Assembly: GCA_002307275.1 (NCBI GenBank)
Contig: DBTX01000008.1
Location: 36,079 to 100,078 of the forward strand
Direction: 5' to 3'
Source of the DNA: Hungateiclostridiaceae bacterium UBA1305
GTDB lineage: Bacteria; Bacillota; Clostridia; Acetivibrionales; DTU013
DNA: 64,000 nt
The first letter of the stretch is position 1. Each line of letters starts with the position of its first letter. Below are positions 16,566 through 25,899 of this stretch, piece by piece. The notes below the pieces were generated by a model, which made no database searches, was not told the DNA's origin, and saw nothing but the letters and a program-made list of their open reading frames with translations. Both the position numbers and the translations under genes were made by a program.

Positions 16566-16979
16566 ATGGAAATCACTTTAAAAGCAGCCGAAATGCTCAC
16601 AAAATGCAGCGAGATCTCACTCGCGTCAATCAGCGAAAACGGCTATCCTCGAATCTGTGTGCTTTCAAAAATTAAGTCAGAGGGCATAAAAAAATTTTGG
16701 GTCGCAACAGGTGTGTCATCCGTAAAGGTCAGGCATTTTAGCGAAAATTCAAAAGCAGGCGCTTGTTTTTACAGCGATGGCAATAGTGTAACCATGGTCG
16801 GCAAGGTATCTGTGATACATGATCGTGCAGTCAAAGCCGAAATGTGGCTTGACTGGTTTATCAATCACTTTCCGGGAGGAATCGACGACCCTGATTACTG
16901 CATCCTCGAATTTGAAACCGAAGAAGCGACATTGTGGATCGATAATGAATTTATAACCTTACGGGGTGAGCAGATATGA
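16566..16979 (+). CDS. Pyridoxamine 5'-phosphate oxidase-like (general stress protein 26 type) flavin-binding protein
   Basis: LASISENGYPR, HFPGGIDDPDYCILEF; RBS GAGGT. Confidence 0.85.
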   Translation: MEITLKAAEMLTKCSEISLASISENGYPRICVLSKIKSEGIKKFWVATGVSSVKVRHFSENSKAGACFYSDGNSVTMVGKVSVIHDRAVKAEMWLDWFINHFPGGIDDPDYCILEFETEEATLWIDNEFITLRGEQI

Positions 16980-17287
16980 TCGACTCGCGCTGCGGACTCC
17001 ACTGTACCGGCTGCAAATGGAAGGAATCCCACGGTTGCGGCGGTTGTATCGAAACACAAGGACATCCGTTTCATGGTGAATGTCCGATTGCCACTTGCTG
17101 TCAGAATAAAGGACTTACTCACTGCGGCGAATGTGACATCCTCCCTTGCGATAAGCTGTATGCTTACTCCTACCTCGATCCTGAACATGGCGACAAGCCG
17201 CAGGGTGCAAGAATCGCAGTCTGCCGCCAATGGGCTGCAGAGAGTTTGAGAAACAGGCAAGAGAATCCAAGTATCATTGATTATTGA
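16976..17287 (+). CDS. DUF3795-like Cys-rich protein
   Basis: SRCGLHCTGC...CGGC...CPIATCC...HCGEC..LPC; ATGA overlap. Confidence 0.8.
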   Translation: MIDSRCGLHCTGCKWKESHGCGGCIETQGHPFHGECPIATCCQNKGLTHCGECDILPCDKLYAYSYLDPEHGDKPQGARIAVCRQWAAESLRNRQENPSIIDY

Positions 17288-17294
17288 CAGATCA

Positions 17295-17509
17295 AATGAA
17301 AAAGATAGCAGCTATCCTACCTAACAGGTTCGCGAATCCAGCCTTGAAGAAATTAGATCCATGCCGAAAATAATACTTACAGCCTTTTTCAAGCCATCCG
17401 TTGTCGTGCCAATATTTATAATCAACAGAATTCTTATCGATTCCCGCTCTCATCCAACACGCCCGCTGGACAGTAAATTGCAGCTGCTGACCAGTGATAC
17501 AATTTTCAT
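17295..17509 (-). pseudogene. Internally deleted flavodoxin/FMN-reductase-like gene remnant
   Basis: Minus strand: MKIVSLVSS start joined out of frame to FTVQRACW...DYKYWHDNGWLEKGCKYY...NFFKAGFANLLG, resembling the termini of clostridial flavodoxin-family proteins. Confidence 0.4.
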
Positions 17510-17569
17510 CACATTCCGCCCCTATGCCTAACTACTTATGACATAATATTTATGGTCCCTGCATATCGT

Positions 17570-19084
17570 TTATGCCAATGCACCCTTCTCCAGTTCGCTC
17601 AGATATATCTTCGCATAATCAACATCGGTAGGCACAGGCACATACTCCCTGCCGATCTTCTGGCGTGTTTCATTGCCCTTGCCCGTAATCAGTATCACTG
17701 TCCCGGGTTCCGACGTCAGTATGGATTCCCTGATGGCCTCTCCCCTGTCGTCTATGATTTCGCAGTTCCAGTTGTTCTGTCGGACGTACTGCGCGATGTC
17801 CTCGCTGATGTCCCTTGCATTTTCGGGGCCGGGATCCTCCGCCGTCAGAAACACCCTGTCGGAATGCAGTCCAGCCAGCAGCCCAAGGTCTTTTCTGCGT
17901 ATAAAAGCCTTTCCGCCGGGACAGCCGAACACGGTATAAACCTTCCTGCCCGGAAATTCAGACTTGACTGCTTCATAAAGCTTTGTGAAGCTCAGCTTGT
18001 TGTGAGCATAGTCTACGATAACGATCCTGTCTCTGTTTTCATTCGTATAAACCTCCATACGCCCGCTTGAACGCGCTCTGCGGAGGCCGGAATACATATA
18101 CTGCTCGGGGATCCTCAGGGAATATGCGACAGCGATTGCAGCAAGAGCATTTTCTACATTAAAAAGTCCAGGCATCGTAAGAAGGAAATCCCTCTCGAAC
18201 CTGTCACATTTAACGCTGAAGATCGTATCAAAGCCTTCCTTCCTGATATTGCCGCCATAAATATCGGCAGTCCCGGAAGTTCCGAAGGTCAGAATCCTTT
18301 TAGCTTCTCCGGCAGCCTCCATGATTCTTGACAGGTTGTCCGAATCCAGGTTCACCCAGGCCGTCTTGCAGTGGCTGAACATTCTAAGCTTGGAGGTAAT
18401 ATAATCCTCCATGTCACTGTGTTCGATCGGGCTGATATGGTCCTCTGAAATATTCAGAAAAACACCGACATCAAATTCAACACCGTGCAGCCTGCCATAT
18501 TTCAGAGCCTGGCTGGAGGCTTCCATGATCATGTACTGAAGACCGCTTTCCACGGCATTATTGAAATGCATCTGCAATTCGAGGGATTCGGGTGTGGTCA
18601 GATGGGATTCCTCATTTATCACACCGTCAAAGGTGTTTATGGAGGAAATGATGCCTGCTTCCGGCTTTCCCTCGGCACGCAGGTACTCATCCAATATGTA
18701 TTTTACATAATATGCCGTTGTCGACTTTCCCTTTGTGCCGGTGATACCAACCAGTTTCAGCTTGTTTGCGGGATTATTGTAATAGATGACCGCCGCAAGC
18801 GACAATGCTTTCTTTACATCATTGACAAGGAGGCACGGTATACTTTTACCGTAATCCTTCTCACTGATATAGGCTATCGCGCCTTTATCAGTTGCAGCGT
18901 CCAGATAGGCCTCCCTAAAGTTGGTCCCCTTGCAGACGAACAATGTATTCTGCGTAGTTTTATTGGAGTCGTATGCGATATTCCTTATGATCTTTACACC
19001 GGTTTCACGTGTACAATTGTGCTGCAGCAGCAGATTCTTTTCCTGTAGCTGCTGCATGTATTCTTCCAGCGCGTATCTTTCCAT
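17570..19084 (-). CDS. murE: MurE-family UDP-MurNAc-L-Ala-D-Glu amino acid ligase, probably not meso-DAP specific
   Basis: GITGTKGKST, HLTTPES, MEASSQ, VDYAHN, VFGCPG, TGKG; specificity motif reads AEDPG rather than DNPR. Confidence 0.9.
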   Translation of the reverse strand: MERYALEEYMQQLQEKNLLLQHNCTRETGVKIIRNIAYDSNKTTQNTLFVCKGTNFREAYLDAATDKGAIAYISEKDYGKSIPCLLVNDVKKALSLAAVIYYNNPANKLKLVGITGTKGKSTTAYYVKYILDEYLRAEGKPEAGIISSINTFDGVINEESHLTTPESLELQMHFNNAVESGLQYMIMEASSQALKYGRLHGVEFDVGVFLNISEDHISPIEHSDMEDYITSKLRMFSHCKTAWVNLDSDNLSRIMEAAGEAKRILTFGTSGTADIYGGNIRKEGFDTIFSVKCDRFERDFLLTMPGLFNVENALAAIAVAYSLRIPEQYMYSGLRRARSSGRMEVYTNENRDRIVIVDYAHNKLSFTKLYEAVKSEFPGRKVYTVFGCPGGKAFIRRKDLGLLAGLHSDRVFLTAEDPGPENARDISEDIAQYVRQNNWNCEIIDDRGEAIRESILTSEPGTVILITGKGNETRQKIGREYVPVPTDVDYAKIYLSELEKGALA

Positions 19085-19200
19085 CTCACCCTCGTATTGA
19101 AATTAGTCTGTTCTACTTTCGAGTAATCTATTTTCTCGTACGGATAAACTGTTAATCTGTTTTTTCATCACGACATGCTATTTTGCTATCGGATATGCTA

Positions 19201-19264
19201 TTTCTTCTCCGGTTGGCTGTTTCTTCCCCGGTTGGCTGTTTCTTCCCCGGTTGGCTGTTTCTTC
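19201..19264. repeat. Tandem repeat, 3.4 x 19 bp TTTCTTC(C/T)CCGGTTGGCTG
   Basis: Head-to-tail units at 19201, 19220, 19239 and a partial unit at 19258; no spacers. Confidence 0.9.
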
Positions 19265-19274
19265 TACGTATACA

Positions 19275-21098
19275 TTATTTTTCTTCAGGATAAATTGTCA
19301 GAAAACCGTAGTTCTTATATTCGCTGTCGTCGAAATGCCACCATTCCGTCTTCAGTGGCAAGAAACCGCAGCTCTTCATCGTATTTTCCAGTATAAGTGC
19401 ATTTTTCTTCTGTTCAGGCGTAGCCTTTGCATAGGTCCTGGCAGCCTTTGTCGACTGTTCATCAAACCCGCTTGGCATATCCAGTTCTTCACCCTTGCTA
19501 TTTACAAGTGTTATGTCGACTGCAGCACCTCTTGTATGGTTGGAGCCGATCGTTTTGGGATTTGCAAAATAATTTTTGTCAGTCGCGCTGTCGTACAAAA
19601 TCTGCTGATATTTCTTAGCTCTGTAGGCATCCCATACCTTTATCCTGTAGCCCTGCTTCAGAAGCAGCTGGTTTGCCTTGTTCAGCTTGTCCGCCGTGCC
19701 TTTCCTGAGATAGGCCGTGTTGGATTCGTATACCGGCTTTCCGACTATATTGTCGGAGGATGCATACCTGAGATCGATCACAATATCCTTTACCACGTTG
19801 TCCAGTATCACCATAAGCTGTTTGTCAACCTTTCCTGCAGAGATTCCCGCAGCAGCACTATTTCCTGCAGATGTGGAATTTGCTTCTGCTGAAGGAGTGA
19901 ACTTGAGTTTTCCCAGTACACTGCTGATCTGCGGTTCTACTGCAATAGCCGGCTTATAATTGTTAAAGCCCTTTGCCGATGAAACAGAACAAGGTATGAC
20001 CGTCGGTGCCTTTATCGGCTGCAGCATCTTGTCGGAATCAAATACAAAAGACTGCTGGTATATGGCTGTATCATAATCGTCGGGCTTCTTGACCCCCCCG
20101 AAGCAAAAATTGCCAAGGCTGTATGCGATATATTTTCCCTTGTAAGTCGCAATAGGTTCCAGAACGTGCGGATGATTTCCTATGACAAGGTCAGCCCCCG
20201 AGTCTATTGCAAGAGTCGCAAGCTCCTTCTGCAATGCGTTGTACTGATACTGGTATTCCTTGCCCCAATGGAAGTTGGCAATGAGCAGGTCGCATTCTCC
20301 CCTGAGCTTCTTCGTCATGTCGACGACTTCCTTTTTAAATACGTTCATATCCAGTCCCTGTTCCACATTGCCAAGCTGGTTAAAGCCGACCATCCCGACT
20401 TTTATGCCTTTCACTTCCCTGATCAGCACATCCGAATACCCGAAATAATCGACGCCTGTTGTCTTCAGAGCATTGCGCGTTGCGTCATAGCCCTTCTGCC
20501 CGTAATCATATGTATGGTTGTTGGCAAGGTTGGCAATTTCTACACTGCCCGCCTTGAGTATGTTTGCATATAAAGGATTGCCGTTGAACCAGTAATTGTT
20601 GCCAATATCATATTTTTCAGCTTTTTCTGTCTCCGTACTCAGCGTTGTCTCTAGATTGGCAATGGTCAGGTCATCTTTTGACAGTATGTCGGTTACATTT
20701 GAAAAGAAATAGTCATAATTGCCCTTTTGCTTGTCAAAAACGTAATCAAACGAATCCGTGTTGTTGTATCTGTGATCCTGTCCAAGGGCAACATCACCAA
20801 GCGCGCTGATTTTAATGACAGTGGCCTCCTTGACATAGCTGCGGCTCGCGTTGCTTTCCTGATTCGCTGAGCTTTTTGAAGCACTTGCTAACGGCGTTTG
20901 TTCAGCAGATGCAGTTTCGCCGCTTTTTTGCTGTTGACCGGCATCTGCCGAAGTTTCCGTATTTACAGCAGCTATCTGTCCTGTACTATCCTCCGCGGCG
21001 TTCCTGTCTGTTGCTGCCATATTTGCATAAACAGTAAATGTAACCGCTGCAATGATTGCTACAAAAAAAAGTGTTCTTACAAATACCCGAAAGTTCAT
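19275..21098 (-). CDS. Exported CapA-family metallophosphoesterase-fold domain fused to a VanX-type (M15D) D-Ala-D-Ala dipeptidase
   Basis: N-terminal TM/signal; CapA motifs GDV, NLET, LANNHTYDYG, HWG.E, GNHPHV, YSLGNF; C-terminal WDAYR, SNHTRGAAVD, EWWHFD. Confidence 0.88.
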   Translation of the reverse strand: MNFRVFVRTLFFVAIIAAVTFTVYANMAATDRNAAEDSTGQIAAVNTETSADAGQQQKSGETASAEQTPLASASKSSANQESNASRSYVKEATVIKISALGDVALGQDHRYNNTDSFDYVFDKQKGNYDYFFSNVTDILSKDDLTIANLETTLSTETEKAEKYDIGNNYWFNGNPLYANILKAGSVEIANLANNHTYDYGQKGYDATRNALKTTGVDYFGYSDVLIREVKGIKVGMVGFNQLGNVEQGLDMNVFKKEVVDMTKKLRGECDLLIANFHWGKEYQYQYNALQKELATLAIDSGADLVIGNHPHVLEPIATYKGKYIAYSLGNFCFGGVKKPDDYDTAIYQQSFVFDSDKMLQPIKAPTVIPCSVSSAKGFNNYKPAIAVEPQISSVLGKLKFTPSAEANSTSAGNSAAAGISAGKVDKQLMVILDNVVKDIVIDLRYASSDNIVGKPVYESNTAYLRKGTADKLNKANQLLLKQGYRIKVWDAYRAKKYQQILYDSATDKNYFANPKTIGSNHTRGAAVDITLVNSKGEELDMPSGFDEQSTKAARTYAKATPEQKKNALILENTMKSCGFLPLKTEWWHFDDSEYKNYGFLTIYPEEK

Positions 21099-21556
21099 TG
21101 GTATAATATTCCTTCCAAATATGATATAAAAGTCTGATCAGTAAAATTTCAGTATTTTATCAATCTGTTTATATTGTACTACAAATATCCTCCAAACGCA
21201 CGACTTGTCAGGATATTTACTTATTAATATTCTACCCTTTTCATGGACGTTTAGACTTACATCAGGGTACAATAGTTGCGGTAATCCATATAAACAGCTG
21301 TGGCAATTATCGCTGTAATGGTTAATAATCCGTTAATCGGACTTGAAGCTGTGAAATAAAAATGTTAAAATGACTGAAAATAAGCGATTGTAAATTTTCT
21401 ATACCAAAAATACAGATAGTGTAATACAATTGAAAACTCAGCAGTCCAATTATCTACGCCGTGTGTTTGTGGAATATTTTTCTTTCCACGGGATATAATG
21501 TAAAGGCTTTGATAAATAGCTTAAAAACCATACTCGACGAATTTACTGGAGAACAT

Positions 21557-22918
21557 ATGAAAAAACTTCTATTAATTATATTCATATTCATACTTCTATT
21601 TTCCTTCCCGGCTACAGCTGTAGCCCAATCTATCAGCATACCGTCCGATATTGCTTACATTTTGATTGATTCCAAAACAGGCCAGGTCCTCGCCGAACAA
21701 AACGCCGATCAAAGATTGGAACCTGCAAGTACGACAAAGATCATGACGGCAATATTAGCGTTGGAGAAGGGTGATCTCAGCAAGGAAATGACCGTTTCAC
21801 TGCAAGCCGTAAACGATATCGGACGCGGCGGCATGAACGTCGGCATCATGGCAGGTGAAAATGGACTTACACTGGACAACCTGCTTCATGTAATGCTGAT
21901 CAAATCCGCCAATGAGACTGCCAACATCATCGCTGAGAATATAGCCCCGTCCCGGAGCGAGTTTGTCGATATGATGAATGCAAAAGCAAAGGAGCTTGGG
22001 GCAGTAAATACCACCTTTAAGAATCCATGCGGCAAGGACACCGAAAAAGCAGATGCAGGCCATTTGACCACAGCGAGGGATCTTTCAGCCATAGCCCGAT
22101 ATGCCATGGCTCTTCCGAAGTTCAGGGAGATCGTCGGCACAGAGTATTATAAAGACATGCCGGTTACCGACAAACACGATGACTGGGGAATCCTGCGAAA
22201 TACAAACCAGTTCCTCTGGAATGACAATACTTACCCCTATACGATTGACGGTACAGAGCATAAATATACCGTTACAGGGATGAAAACAGGCTATACGGTT
22301 GCAGCCGGAAACAATCTCGTGACCTCGGCAACAGGCGAAGACGGAATGGAAATCATCGGTGTTGTCATGCATGTGACACAGCCGAACAAAATCTATGGAT
22401 ACTCGAAAGCACTTATGCGGTATGGCTTTGAGAATTATTCAATGCAAAAAATATGCACCGCCGGACAAATCCTATCTAATGAAACCGTAGAAGGTGCGAA
22501 AGATGGAATCGTCAGTATCGGCTTGCAGGCCGCCTCTGATATAAGCAGCGCACTGCCGATGGGAATGGACCTCAAGGATATTGAAACAAAGGTGAATGTA
22601 CCGCTACCGATAAAAGCACCTGTAAACAAAGGCGATATCCTGGGGAAAGCGGAATATAGAAATAAAGGCGTACTGATCGGAACAACCGAAGTTACTGCAA
22701 CGAAATCTGTTGAACAGTCGCCGGCTGCAGTAAAGGAAAATACAGCCTCACAGACACAAAAGTCTCAGCCGAACCACTCCTATTCCTACATTTTGCTAGG
22801 CATCCTTGTCATCCTGTCAGTACTTGTAATCACACGCATGATCCTGCGCAGGGTCTCAAGAAAAATGCGAAAGAAAAAATATGATCAGCAATATTACAGT
22901 CCTCGGGAGTATGACTAA
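21557..22918 (+). CDS. D-alanyl-D-alanine carboxypeptidase (peptidase S11, low-MW PBP)
   Basis: PASTTK (SxxK), SAN (SxN), KTG; signal peptide and C-terminal TM. Confidence 0.93.
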   Translation: MKKLLLIIFIFILLFSFPATAVAQSISIPSDIAYILIDSKTGQVLAEQNADQRLEPASTTKIMTAILALEKGDLSKEMTVSLQAVNDIGRGGMNVGIMAGENGLTLDNLLHVMLIKSANETANIIAENIAPSRSEFVDMMNAKAKELGAVNTTFKNPCGKDTEKADAGHLTTARDLSAIARYAMALPKFREIVGTEYYKDMPVTDKHDDWGILRNTNQFLWNDNTYPYTIDGTEHKYTVTGMKTGYTVAAGNNLVTSATGEDGMEIIGVVMHVTQPNKIYGYSKALMRYGFENYSMQKICTAGQILSNETVEGAKDGIVSIGLQAASDISSALPMGMDLKDIETKVNVPLPIKAPVNKGDILGKAEYRNKGVLIGTTEVTATKSVEQSPAAVKENTASQTQKSQPNHSYSYILLGILVILSVLVITRMILRRVSRKMRKKKYDQQYYSPREYD

Positions 22919-22943
22919 AATTTGAATTCTCAACTGCTATGAC

Positions 22944-24641
22944 TTACTTGATCAGATACTTCTCCAGCATCGGGATCTTCATGGTAATAGCCAAAAGTTT
23001 GCCGCCTTGCGGGAAGCTTCTGATATCGTCTGCTGTCAGGCCCTTTGCAACGATCATCAGCAAATAATAGATGATGCCGCCTGCTGCAATTGCCAGACTG
23101 CCGCCTGCCAGGTTTTGAAGGAATGATGATTTGGTCAGAATTCCTGTCATAAACGTAAACCCCTCGTAGGAGAGATAGACAATCAGCCCCATAACGATCG
23201 AAACACTGAGCGGCCTGTTGAAGAGCTGTTTCACATTCAGCCGCACACCGGTAAGTTTTTTAATGGACCTGTAGTTCATATAACTGGCAAAGATATAGCA
23301 AACAGCATTTCCGACAAGTGCTCCCTTTATATTGATCGACTTTATTGAAATCAGATTATAATTGATAACCAGTTTGAGTACAAGCCCTATCACGAGATGA
23401 ATGGTAGGCACATAGGTCTTTCCGATGCCCTGCAGAATCGCTGTCTGTATGGATACCAACGATATCAGTATCAGTGTCCACGAGCCCAGCATCAGCAAAT
23501 CCCAGCCATCGGGCGCCGTTGGGAAAAGTATTTTTACAATAGGCTGTGCAAGCACTGTCATTCCAACTGCTGCCGGTACCGAGATCATGAGGATTGTTTT
23601 CAGGCTTCTGGATATCCTCCGTCCCAGTAAAACTCTGTCATTGACCGCCGCTGCTGAAGAAATGCTTGGAATGATTGCTGTTGCAAGGGCTGTAGCAATT
23701 GTGACGGGGATGAACAGCACTTTAAGGTACTGTGTTGAAAAAACACCGTACCTGGCAGTTGCTTCAGTAATGCTAAAACCGCCGGCTACCAGCCTTCTCA
23801 TCATAAAACTAAGATCTATCAGACTTGCTGCATAAATCGCAGCAGAACCCAGTGTGATTGGGATGGAGTACTGGAATATTTTCCGGAGTATCATTTTAGT
23901 CGTATATTTGAACTGCTCGCTTTGTATCGTTTCCTTAATCTCTTTTAGAATTCCAGCCTTCTTTTTCAAAAATGTCCAGAAGAGGTAGATTGCACTTGCA
24001 AGCGCACCAAGGGAAGTCCCGACTGTTCCGCCTGCCGCAGCAAATTTTACAGCCTCCAGGTTTATTTCATTCTCTCCGGTAATACCGTGCGTGAATGCAT
24101 AATCCCTGCCGTAACGGTACATGATCCATGCGAATAATATGGTAAGCGTTGAATTGACTGCCTGCTCTATGACCTGCGAAATACTCGTAGGCACCATATT
24201 GGACCGTCCCTGGAAATATCCCCTGAAGGTGCAGGACACTGCAGTGAAAAGCATGGTTGGCGATAGGGCCAGAACCGTCATATAGGATCCCGGAGCGCCG
24301 ACCAGAGACGAAAGCTGCCTTGCGAAAACAGCGGTCAGTATACTTGTGCAGAACCCTATGCTGATAAGCAGAGTACCAGAAACCTTCAATGTTCTGTAGG
24401 ATACATCATACCGTGATGAGGCCAGCTGCTCTGAAATCAGTTTTGAAATGGCAACAGGTATTCCGGCATTTGTAATGACAAATACCATGATGTAAATGGT
24501 GTAACCGGCGTTGTAGATACCATTTCCGACATTGCCCAGAATGATCGTCAAAATTGGAAGATAAAGAACACCCAACAATTTGTTAATCACACTGGCAATG
24601 CTTAATATGGTAAAGCCCCTGGCATTAGACTGCTTGTCCAC
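22944..24641 (-). CDS. MOP-family flippase (MurJ/YtgP/SpoVB-like)
   Basis: Many TM helices; AGIPVAISKLISE, RGYFQG...PTSISQVIEQ. Confidence 0.9.
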   Translation of the reverse strand: MDKQSNARGFTILSIASVINKLLGVLYLPILTIILGNVGNGIYNAGYTIYIMVFVITNAGIPVAISKLISEQLASSRYDVSYRTLKVSGTLLISIGFCTSILTAVFARQLSSLVGAPGSYMTVLALSPTMLFTAVSCTFRGYFQGRSNMVPTSISQVIEQAVNSTLTILFAWIMYRYGRDYAFTHGITGENEINLEAVKFAAAGGTVGTSLGALASAIYLFWTFLKKKAGILKEIKETIQSEQFKYTTKMILRKIFQYSIPITLGSAAIYAASLIDLSFMMRRLVAGGFSITEATARYGVFSTQYLKVLFIPVTIATALATAIIPSISSAAAVNDRVLLGRRISRSLKTILMISVPAAVGMTVLAQPIVKILFPTAPDGWDLLMLGSWTLILISLVSIQTAILQGIGKTYVPTIHLVIGLVLKLVINYNLISIKSINIKGALVGNAVCYIFASYMNYRSIKKLTGVRLNVKQLFNRPLSVSIVMGLIVYLSYEGFTFMTGILTKSSFLQNLAGGSLAIAAGGIIYYLLMIVAKGLTADDIRSFPQGGKLLAITMKIPMLEKYLIK

Positions 24642-24702
24642 TTTGATACCCCTGATACACTGTAAGTTTAGAGGTGACAGTGTATTTGCAATAATGTCTT
24701 TC

Positions 24703-25770
24703 CTATTTTCTCTTATATACTTTTCTTCTCAATTCCCTGAAGACAGCTACGCCTTTTTCCGCGCAGAAAAAAACAAACGGATTGAATATGTAGTCGAGCA
24801 TTCCGACAAATTCGGTGAATTTACCCTTGAAGCCAACCTTGAACTTGTAAAGCCCGTACATGGGATTGCTTTCATCAATATTTCCCGGGACGCCCCTGAA
24901 GTCGTACATGTCGCTGCCTGATGCGACAGCCCACCTGATCATGCTCCATTGCAGCAGATAATTGGGCATCAGATTGCGGTGTTCGTTCTTGCTTGCCCCA
25001 TAAAGGTACCAGCACTTGTTGCCGTAAAGAATACCAATGGTGCCCGCAATCGGGCTCCCTTCATATTCAGCGATATATACGCGAAGATGCTCCGGAGCCA
25101 GGCAATCGAAAACCTTCTCGTAATATTCCCTGCCCCTGACAACAAAATTATCGCGTACGCCCGTTTCAACGATCATCCTGTGGAATACCGCAACATCTTC
25201 CCTTGTGCCGACCCTTACTGTGACACCCTTCTTTTCCGCCAGCCTGATATTGTAGCGGACCTTATGGTGAAAGTCCGCAAGGACTTGATCCTCTGTCTTG
25301 CCCCTCAGATCAAGTCTGAAAACAAACCGCGGCTGGATTCCTTCATAATTCTTGAGACCGCGGCTCACTTTGAAACCCAGGTTTTTTACAGTTTCCTCAA
25401 AGACTGTATCCTCTATCTCGATATCCGGATCCATTTTGAGCACATAGCTCCTGTGCTTCTTCGCAAGCTGTCTGCATTTTTCAAGCAGCGCCTTCAGCGT
25501 TTGTACATCATGAGGGTCGCAAACCGGCCCCCGCGGAGAATACATCAAAGTGAAAGGCAGAACTGGAATTTTTCTGATCAGCAGGCTCATCGCCCCCTTG
25601 ATCCTTCCTTTTTCATCCTCCACCGTGACGATCTCGTTCTTCCAGAAGGATTTCACCTTCGCCCATTGCGGGGACTGCATGAAATGGCCTTTGGCATGTC
25701 CCTGCAGAAACTCCTCATACTTATGTAATGCCTCGGCATCGCCGGTTTTCATATCCTTGTTATCGCTCAA
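24703..25770 (-). CDS. FemABX/FemX (VanK-like) aminoacyl-tRNA-dependent peptidyltransferase
   Basis: HFMQSPQW, YSPRGP, RYNIRLA, YLYGAS, YDFRG, GLYKFK.GF. Confidence 0.92.
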   Translation of the reverse strand: MSDNKDMKTGDAEALHKYEEFLQGHAKGHFMQSPQWAKVKSFWKNEIVTVEDEKGRIKGAMSLLIRKIPVLPFTLMYSPRGPVCDPHDVQTLKALLEKCRQLAKKHRSYVLKMDPDIEIEDTVFEETVKNLGFKVSRGLKNYEGIQPRFVFRLDLRGKTEDQVLADFHHKVRYNIRLAEKKGVTVRVGTREDVAVFHRMIVETGVRDNFVVRGREYYEKVFDCLAPEHLRVYIAEYEGSPIAGTIGILYGNKCWYLYGASKNEHRNLMPNYLLQWSMIRWAVASGSDMYDFRGVPGNIDESNPMYGLYKFKVGFKGKFTEFVGMLDYIFNPFVFFCAEKGVAVFRELRRKVYKRK

Positions 25771-25899
25771 TTTTCTACACTCCCAATTTATAGCCTTTAG
25801 TTTTCAACACCCATCCGTAATTCTGCCGTCTGTATACTCGCAGCCCGCCTATTGTTCTGCCGCTTGCGTATCAGTTACCTGTCAGGTGTACGAACCTGC

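Noticed and set aside
19201-19264. Possible CRISPR array
   Set aside because: Units are head-to-tail with no spacers, and there are no cas genes.
19275-25770. Vancomycin-resistance (van) cluster
   Set aside because: VanX-, VanK- and carboxypeptidase-like genes are present, but there is no D-Ala-D-Lac/Ser ligase, VanH/VanT or VanRS.
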